Source of the DNA: the human T2T-CHM13v2.0 reference genome, Homo sapiens
Length of the DNA: 64,000 bases
Reading direction: 5' to 3' (one strand)
NCBI RefSeq assembly: GCF_009914755.1
Contig: NC_060925.1
Position 1 is the stretch's first letter; the number at the start of each line of letters is the position of its first letter. Both the position numbers and the translations under genes were made by a program. Below the pieces are notes generated by a model. The model was given only the letters and a program-made list of their open reading frames with translations. It did not search any database and was not told the DNA's origin. Below are positions 55,362 through 64,000 of the stretch, piece by piece.

Positions 55362-58300
55362 AGAGGAACGAAGGGCATCCTACGACTATAACCAAGATCG
55401 TACATATTATGAGAGTGTTCGAACTCCAGGCACTTATCCTGAGGATTCCAGGCGGGACTATCCAGCTCGAGGGAGAGAGTTTTATTCAGAATGGGAAACT
55501 TACCAAGGAGACTACTATGAATCACGATACTACGATGATCCTCGGGAATACAGGGATTACAGGAATGATCCTTATGAACAAGATATTAGGGAATATAGTT
55601 ACAGGCAAAGGGAACGAGAAAGAGAACGTGAAAGATTTGAGTCTGACCGGGACAGAGACCATGAGAGGAGGCCGATTGAACGAAGTCAAAGTCCTGTTCA
55701 CTTGCGACGTCCACAGAGTCCTGGAGCGTCTCCCTCTCAGGCAGAGAGGTTGCCGAGTGATTCTGAGAGGAGGCTTTACAGCCGATCCTCAGACCGGAGT
55801 GGAAGCTGTAGCTCACTCTCCCCTCCAAGATATGAGAAACTGGACAAGTCTCGTTTGGAGCGCTATACAAAAAATGAAAAGACAGATAAAGAACGAACTT
55901 TTGATCCGGAGAGAGTGGAGAGAGAGAGACGCTTAATACGGAAGGAAAAAGTGGAAAAGGACAAAACTGACAAGCAGAAACGCAAAGGAAAGGTTCACTC
56001 CCCTAGTTCTCAGTCTTCAGAAACGGACCAAGAAAATGAGCGAGAGCAAAGCCCTGAAAAGCCCAGGAGTTGTAATAAACTGAGCAGAGAGAAAGCTGAC
56101 AAAGAGGGAATAGCGAAAAACCGCCTGGAACTCATGCCTTGCGTGGTTTTGACTCGAGTGAAAGAGAAAGAGGGAAAGGTCATTGACCACACTCCTGTGG
56201 AAAAGTTGAAAGCCAAGCTTGATAATGACACTGTCAAATCTTCTGCCCTGGACCAGAAACTTCAGGTCTCTCAGACGGAGCCTGCAAAATCTGACTTGTC
56301 TAAACTGGAATCAGTTAGAATGAAAGTACCAAAGGAAAAGGGGCTTTCAAGCCATGTTGAAGTGGTGGAGAAGGAAGGCAGGCTTAAAGCCAGGAAGCAC
56401 CTCAAGCCTGAGCAGCCTGCAGATGGGGTAAGTGCTGTGGATCTGGAGAAGCTGGAAGCCAGGAAAAGGCGCTTTGCAGATTCCAATTTAAAAGCAGAAA
56501 AGCAAAAACCAGAGGTCAAGAAAAGCAGTCCAGAGATGGAGGATGCTCGCGTGCTTTCAAAAAAGCAGCCTGACGTGTCCTCTAGAGAGGTCATTCTGCT
56601 GAGGGAAGGAGAGGCTGAAAGAAAGCCTGTGAGGAAAGAAATTCTTAAAAGAGAATCTAAAAAAATCAAACTGGACAGACTTAATACTGTTGCCAGCCCC
56701 AAAGACTGTCAGGAGCTTGCCAGTATTTCTGTTGGGTCTGGCTCAAGGCCCAGCTCAGACCTACAAGCAAGACTGGGAGAACCAGCAGGTGAATCTGTGG
56801 AAAATCAAGAAGTCCAATCAAAAAAGCCCATTCCCTCAAAACCACAGCTCAAACAGCTGCAGGTATTAGATGATCAAGGACCAGAGAGAGAAGACGTTAG
56901 GAAAAACTATTGCAGTCTTCGTGATGAAACACCTGAACGTAAATCAGGCCAAGAGAAATCACATTCAGTAAATACTGAAGAAAAAATTGGCATTGACATC
57001 GATCACACGCAGAGTTACCGAAAACAAATGGAACAGAGTCGTAGGAAACAGCAGATGGAAATGGAAATAGCCAAGTCTGAGAAGTTTGGCAGTCCTAAAA
57101 AAGATGTAGATGAATATGAAAGACGTAGCCTCGTTCACGAGGTAGGCAAACCCCCTCAAGATGTCACTGATGACTCTCCTCCTAGCAAAAAGAAAAGGAT
57201 GGATCATGTCGATTTTGATATCTGCACCAAGCGAGAACGGAATTACAGAAGTTCACGCCAAATCAGCGAAGATTCTGAAAGGACTGGTGGTTCTCCCAGT
57301 GTCCGACATGGTTCCTTCCATGAAGATGAGGATCCCATAGGCTCCCCTAGGCTACTGTCAGTAAAAGGGTCTCCTAAAGTAGATGAAAAAGTCCTCCCCT
57401 ATTCTAACATAACAGTCAGGGAAGAGTCTTTAAAATTTAATCCTTATGATTCTAGCAGGAGAGAACAGATGGCAGATATGGCCAAAATAAAACTATCTGT
57501 CTTGAATTCTGAAGATGAACTAAATCGTTGGGACTCTCAGATGAAACAGGATGCTGGCAGATTTGATGTGAGTTTCCCAAACAGCATAATTAAGAGAGAT
57601 AGCCTTCGAAAAAGGTCTGTACGAGATCTGGAACCTGGTGAGGTGCCTTCTGATTCTGACGAAGATGGTGAACACAAATCCCACTCACCCAGAGCCTCTG
57701 CATTATATGAAAGTTCTCGATTGTCTTTTTTATTGAGGGACAGAGAAGACAAGCTACGTGAGCGAGATGAAAGACTCTCTAGTTCTTTAGAAAGGAACAA
57801 ATTTTACTCTTTTGCATTGGATAAGACAATCACACCAGACACTAAAGCTTTGCTTGAAAGAGCTAAATCCCTCTCTTCATCTCGTGAAGAAAATTGGTCT
57901 TTTCTTGATTGGGACTCCCGATTTGCAAATTTTCGAAACAACAAAGATAAAGAAAAGGTTGACTCTGCTCCAAGACCTATTCCATCCTGGTACATGAAAA
58001 AGAAGAAAATTAGGACTGATTCAGAAGGGAAAATGGATGATAAGAAAGAGGACCATAAAGAAGAAGAGCAAGAGAGGCAGGAATTGTTTGCTTCTCGTTT
58101 TTTACACAGCTCAATCTTTGAACAAGATTCCAAGCGATTGCAGCATCTAGAGAGAAAAGAGGAAGATTCTGACTTCATTTCTGGTAGGATCTATGGGAAG
58201 CAGACATCTGAGGGAGCAAACAGCACAACTGATTCCATTCAAGAACCAGTAGTTCTGTTCCATAGCAGATTTATGGAGCTCACACGGATGCAACAGAAAG

Positions 58301-61300
58301 AAAAAGAAAAAGACCAGAAACCCAAAGAGGTTGAGAAACAGGAAGATACAGAGAATCATCCCAAGACCCCAGAATCTGCTCCTGAGAATAAAGATTCAGA
58401 ACTGAAAACTCCACCTTCCGTTGGGCCTCCAAGTGTCACAGTCGTAACTCTAGAATCAGCCCCATCAGCACTAGAGAAGACCACTGGTGACAAAACGGTA
58501 GAGGCGCCTTTGGTAACAGAAGAGAAGACTGTGGAGCCAGCTACCGTCTCAGAAGAAGCAAAGCCTGCATCTGAACCTGCTCCTGCCCCTGTGGAACAGC
58601 TGGAACAAGTAGACCTGCCCCCAGGAGCAGACCCCGATAAAGAAGCTGCCATGATGCCTGCGGGTGTTGAGGAAGGTTCATCAGGTGACCAGCCGCCTTA
58701 TCTGGATGCCAAGCCTCCAACTCCCGGGGCCTCGTTTTCCCAGGCAGAGAGCAACGTAGATCCAGAGCCTGACAGTACCCAGCCACTTTCAAAACCAGCT
58801 CAGAAGTCTGAGGAAGCCAATGAGCCAAAGGCCGAAAAGCCAGACGCCACTGCAGATGCTGAGCCTGATGCAAACCAGAAAGCCGAAGCTGCTCCTGAGT
58901 CTCAGCCCCCAGCTTCTGAAGATTTAGAGGTTGATCCTCCAGTTGCTGCAAAGGATAAAAAGCCAAACAAAAGCAAGCGTTCAAAGACCCCTGTTCAGGC
59001 AGCTGCAGTGAGTATCGTGGAGAAGCCCGTCACAAGGAAGAGTGAGAGGATAGACCGGGAAAAACTCAAGCGGTCCAATTCTCCTCGGGGAGAAGCACAG
59101 AAGCTTTTGGAATTGAAGATGGAGGCAGAGAAGATTACAAGGACTGCTTCTAAAAACTCTGCTGCAGACCTTGAACATCCCGAACCAAGTTTGCCTCTCA
59201 GCCGAACAAGGCGCCGGAATGTAAGGAGCGTCTATGCAACCATGGGTGACCATGAAAACCGCTCTCCTGTCAAAGAGCCCGTTGAGCAACCAAGAGTGAC
59301 CAGAAAGAGATTGGAGCGAGAGCTTCAGGAGGCTGCAGCGGTTCCCACCACCCCTCGGAGGGGAAGGCCTCCAAAGACACGCCGGCGAGCCGATGAAGAG
59401 GAGGAGAACGAGGCCAAGGAACCTGCAGAAACACTCAAGCCACCTGAGGGATGGCGGTCGCCAAGGTCCCAGAAAACTGCAGCTGGTGGTGGACCCCAAG
59501 GGAAAAAGGGAAAAAATGAACCGAAGGTGGATGCTACACGTCCTGAGGCCACCACTGAGGTGGGCCCCCAAATAGGCGTGAAAGAGAGCTCCATGGAACC
59601 CAAGGCTGCTGAGGAGGAGGCAGGGAGTGAACAGAAACGTGACAGAAAAGATGCTGGCACAGACAAAAACCCCCCTGAAACCGCCCCTGTTGAAGTTGTA
59701 GAGAAAAAACCGGCCCCTGAAAAAAACTCCAAATCAAAGAGAGGAAGATCTCGAAACTCCAGGTTAGCAGTGGACAAATCTGCAAGTCTGAAAAATGTGG
59801 ATGCTGCTGTCAGTCCCAGGGGGGCTGCAGCACAGGCAGGGGAGAGGGAATCTGGGGTGGTGGCAGTCTCCCCTGAGAAAAGTGAGAGTCCCCAAAAGGA
59901 GGATGGTTTATCATCCCAGTTGAAAAGTGATCCAGTTGATCCAGACAAGGAACCAGAGAAAGAAGACGTGTCTGCCTCTGGGCCGTCCCCAGAAGCCACC
60001 CAGTTAGCCAAGCAGATGGAGCTGGAGCAGGCCGTGGAACACATCGCAAAGCTCGCTGAGGCCTCTGCCTCTGCTGCCTATAAGGCAGATGCACCAGAGG
60101 GCCTTGCCCCAGAGGACAGGGACAAGCCTGCACACCAAGCAAGTGAAACAGAGCTGGCTGCGGCCATCGGCTCCATCATCAATGACATTTCTGGGGAGCC
60201 AGAAAACTTCCCAGCACCTCCACCTTATCCTGGAGAATCCCAGACAGATCTGCAACCCCCCGCAGGTGCACAGGCGCTGCAGCCTTCTGAGGAAGGAATG
60301 GAGACAGATGAGGCTGTATCTGGCATCCTGGAAACTGAGGCTGCTACAGAATCTTCTAGGCCTCCAGTCAATGCTCCTGACCCCTCAGCCGGCCCAACAG
60401 ATACCAAGGAAGCCAGAGGAAATAGCAGTGAAACCTCACACTCAGTGCCAGAAGCCAAAGGGTCTAAAGAAGTGGAAGTCACTCTTGTTCGGAAAGACAA
60501 AGGGCGCCAGAAAACAACCCGATCACGCCGCAAGCGAAACACAAACAAGAAAGTGGTGGCTCCTGTAGAGAGCCATGTCCCTGAATCCGACCAAGCTCAA
60601 GGTGAGAGTCCTGCTGCAAATGAGGGGACAACAGTACAGCACCCCGAAGCCCCACAGGAAGAAAAGCAGAGTGAGAAACCCCATTCCACTCCTCCTCAGT
60701 CATGTACTTCTGACCTAAGCAAGATTCCCTCCACAGAGAATTCGTCCCAAGAAATCAGTGTTGAGGAAAGGACTCCAACCAAAGCATCTGTGCCCCCAGA
60801 CCTTCCCCCACCTCCCCAGCCAGCACCGGTGGATGAGGAGCCTCAAGCCAGGTTCAGGGTGCATTCCATCATTGAAAGTGACCCGGTGACCCCACCCAGC
60901 GATCCAAGCATCCCCATACCCACACTGCCTTCTGTAACTGCAGCAAAGCTCTCACCTCCTGTCGCCTCTGGGGGGATCCCACACCAGAGCCCCCCTACTA
61001 AGGTGACAGAGTGGATCACAAGGCAGGAGGAGCCACGGGCTCAGTCTACTCCATCTCCAGCTCTTCCCCCAGACACAAAGGCCTCTGATGTTGACACCAG
61101 CTCCAGCACCCTGAGGAAGATTCTCATGGACCCCAAGTATGTGTCTGCCACAAGTGTCACTTCCACAAGTGTCACCACAGCCATTGCAGAGCCTGTCAGT
61201 GCTGCCCCTTGCCTACATGAGGCCCCGCCCCCGCCAGTTGACTCTAAAAAGCCTTTAGAAGAAAAAACAGCACCTCCAGTGACAAACAACTCTGAGATAC

Positions 61301-63537
61301 AAGCCTCGGAGGTGCTGGTAGCTGCTGACAAGGAAAAGGTGGCTCCAGTCATTGCTCCCAAAATTACCTCTGTTATTAGCCGGATGCCTGTCAGCATTGA
61401 CCTGGAAAATTCACAGAAGATAACCTTGGCAAAACCAGCTCCTCAAACCCTCACTGGTCTGGTGAGCGCACTCACTGGCCTGGTGAACGTCTCCCTGGTC
61501 CCGGTGAATGCCCTGAAAGGCCCCGTGAAGGGCTCAGTGACCACACTGAAAAGTTTGGTGAGCACCCCTGCTGGGCCCGTGAACGTCCTGAAAGGGCCTG
61601 TGAATGTTCTTACGGGGCCAGTGAATGTTCTCACCACTCCAGTGAACGCCACGGTGGGCACAGTGAATGCCGCCCCAGGCACAGTCAATGCCGCTGCGAG
61701 TGCAGTGAATGCCACAGCAAGTGCAGTGACCGTCACAGCGGGTGCGGTTACTGCTGCATCTGGTGGTGTAACGGCCACAACAGGCACGGTGACAATGGCA
61801 GGGGCAGTGATTGCGCCGTCAACAAAGTGCAAACAGAGAGCGAGTGCTAATGAAAACAGTCGGTTCCACCCAGGGTCCATGCCTGTGATCGACGATCGTC
61901 CGGCAGACGCGGGCTCAGGGGCGGGGCTGCGTGTGAACACTTCTGAAGGGGTTGTGCTCCTGAGTTACTCAGGGCAGAAGACCGAAGGCCCACAGCGGAT
62001 CAGCGCCAAGATCAGCCAGATCCCCCCGGCCAGTGCAATGGACATTGAATTTCAGCAGTCAGTGTCCAAGTCCCAGGTCAAACCTGATTCTGTCACAGCA
62101 TCGCAGCCTCCATCCAAAGGCCCTCAAGCTCCTGCAGGCTATGCGAACGTGGCCACCCATTCCACGTTGGTACTGACCGCCCAGACATATAATGCCTCTC
62201 CTGTGATTTCGTCTGTGAAGGCCGATAGGCCATCCTTGGAGAAGCCCGAGCCCATTCACCTCTCGGTGTCCACGCCTGTCACCCAGGGAGGCACAGTGAA
62301 GGTTCTCACCCAGGGGATCAACACACCCCCTGTGCTGGTTCACAACCAGCTGGTCCTCACCCCAAGCATTGTCACCACAAACAAGAAGCTTGCTGACCCC
62401 GTCACCCTTAAAATCGAGACCAAGGTCCTTCAGCCGGCCAACCTGGGGTCCACGCTCACGCCCCACCACCCTCCTGCTCTGCCCAGCAAACTGCCTACAG
62501 AAGTCAACCATGTCCCCTCGGGGCCCAGCATCCCAGCAGATCGAACTGTCTCCCATTTGGCAGCTGCAAAGCTAGATGCTCATTCTCCTCGACCAAGTGG
62601 ACCCGGGCCATCCTCATTCCCAAGGGCAAGCCACCCCAGCAGTACTGCATCTACGGCGCTCTCCACCAACGCCACAGTCATGCTGGCTGCAGGCATCCCA
62701 GTGCCCCAGTTCATCTCCAGCATCCACCCAGAGCAGTCTGTCATCATGCCACCCCACAGCATCACCCAGACTGTGTCCCTGAGCCACCTCTCCCAGGGCG
62801 AGGTGAGAATGAACACTCCCACGCTGCCCAGTATCACCTACAGCATCCGGCCAGAAGCGCTTCACTCTCCTCGGGCTCCGCTGCAGCCCCAGCAAATAGA
62901 GGTCAGGGCCCCACAGCGTGCCAGCACCCCGCAGCCAGCCCCAGCTGGTGTGCCTGCACTGGCCTCCCAGCACCCTCCCGAGGAGGAAGTGCATTATCAC
63001 CTTCCTGTCGCTCGAGCCACAGCCCCTGTGCAGTCAGAGGTACTAGTCATGCAGTCTGAGTACCGACTGCACCCCTATACTGTGCCACGGGATGTGAGGA
63101 TCATGGTGCATCCACATGTGACGGCAGTCAGCGAGCAGCCCAGGGCCGCGGATGGGGTGGTGAAGGTGCCACCAGCCAGCAAGGCCCCTCAGCAGCCAGG
63201 GAAGGAAGCTGCCAAGACACCAGATGCCAAAGCTGCCCCCACCCCCACCCCTGCCCCCGTCCCTGTCCCTGTCCCCCTTCCTGCCCCTGCTCCTGCCCCT
63301 CATGGTGAGGCCCGTATCCTCACAGTTACCCCCAGTAACCAACTCCAGGGGCTGCCTCTGACCCCTCCTGTGGTGGTGACCCATGGGGTGCAGATTGTGC
63401 ACTCCAGCGGGGAGCTGTTTCAAGAGTACCGGTACGGCGACATCCGCACCTACCACCCCCCGGCCCAGCTCACACACACTCAGTTTCCCGCCGCTTCCTC
63501 TGTTGGCCTGCCTTCCCGGACCAAGACAGCTGCTCAG
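55362..63537 (+). CDS. SPEN: SPEN coding exon 11 (8,176 nt): large disordered region, nuclear-receptor-interaction region and RBPJ-interaction motif (approx. aa 617-3342)
   Basis: Acceptor ttttttggcag|AGAG at 55361/55362; donor CAG|gtgagc at 63537/63538. Open frame throughout (ORF 55255-63618 minus its intronic ends). Confidence 0.97.
61459..61806 (+). repeat. SPEN: Coding 21-nt (7-aa) degenerate tandem repeat
   Basis: Units such as cccgtgaacgtcctgaaaggg, cctgtgaatgttcttacgggg and ccagtgaatgttctcaccact. Confidence 0.9.
61924..61980 (+). other. SPEN: RBPJ/CSL-interaction motif of SHARP ([19 protein letters not shown])
   Basis: Translated motif falls at about aa 2805-2823, matching the established SHARP RBPJ-interaction segment (recalled). 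Confidence 0.8.
63235..63300 (+). repeat. SPEN: Coding 6-nt repeat encoding (X-Pro)11: [22 protein letters not shown]
   Basis: Direct reading. Confidence 0.92.
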
Positions 63538-63628
63538 GTGAGCCAGCCAGGTATCTCCCCACTGTCTGTTGGGCATGTGCTTGTGGGGCTCAGCAGGCTT
63601 TTAAGCCAAGATGTGTGAAAGAAATCAG

Positions 63629-64000
63629 GGGCCAGGTGTGGTGGCTTATGCCTGTAATCCCAGCACTGTGGGAGGCCCAGATGGGAGGACTGCTTAAGCC
63701 CGGGAGTTCGAGACCAGCCTGGGCAACATGGCAAAACCCCATCTCGTACAAAAAAAAAAAATTACAAAAATTAGCCAGGTGTGGTGGCACACACCTGTGG
63801 TTTCAGCTACCTGGGAGGCTGAGGTGGGAAAATTGCTTGAGCCCTGGAGGCAGAGGTTGCATTGAACCAAGGTCGTGCCACTAGGCTCCAGTGACAGAGC
63901 GAGACCCAGTCTCAAAAAAAAAAAAAAAAAAAAAAGCCGGGCATAGTGGCTCACGCCTGTAATCCCAACACTTTGGGAGGCCAGGGCTGGCAGATCACTT
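63629..64000 (+). mobile_element. Sense Alu plus start of a second Alu in intron 11
   Basis: ggccaggtgtggtggcttatgcctgtaatccc...A tail 63914-63935, then gccgggcatagtggctcacgcc. Confidence 0.9.

Noticed and set aside
61459-61806. 21-nt periodic array as a CRISPR-like or mobile repeat
   Set aside because: No repeat-spacer alternation; in frame, diverged at wobble positions, and eukaryotic coding sequence.
55292-63576. Many antisense and alternative-frame ORFs (up to 239 aa) within exon 11
   Set aside because: Expected shadows of a long, compositionally biased coding exon.

Overview
Human (primate) genomic DNA, + strand, covering coding exons 2-11 of SPEN (SHARP/MINT), the large RRM/SPOC transcriptional co-repressor that binds Xist. 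Exon 1 and the SPOC-encoding 3' exons lie outside the window. All ten exons have GT-AG boundaries and splice into one continuous frame: 75-395, 3466-3942, 36590-36750, 38371-38571, 43398-43549, 46195-46320, 46673-46786, 48139-48252, 49518-49618 and the 8,176-nt exon 55362-63537. Introns are very Alu-dense (about 75 Alu/FLAM pieces by eye, mostly antisense in intron 3), with L1M, MIR, L2 and MER fragments and a U13/SNORD13 retrocopy. Nearly all short ORFs in the track are Alu or shadow ORFs. No new gene system is evident. The best unexplained signal is the Alu-free intron 2. It carries a strand-specific TGGA/GGAWA cluster with repeated mini-hairpins, a 22/23-nt direct repeat, two long same-frame ORFs and cryptic acceptors, and is a candidate RNA-level autoregulatory module. 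Other leads are the intact-box U13 copy near the exon 5 acceptor, a 7-aa VN/VT repeat, an AT-hook and an ARS2-type motif in exon 11, and a duplicated segment flanking exon 4. Repeat coordinates and subfamilies are approximate (read by eye). Amino-acid numbering assumes 83 coding nt in exon 1 (recalled, not visible here).
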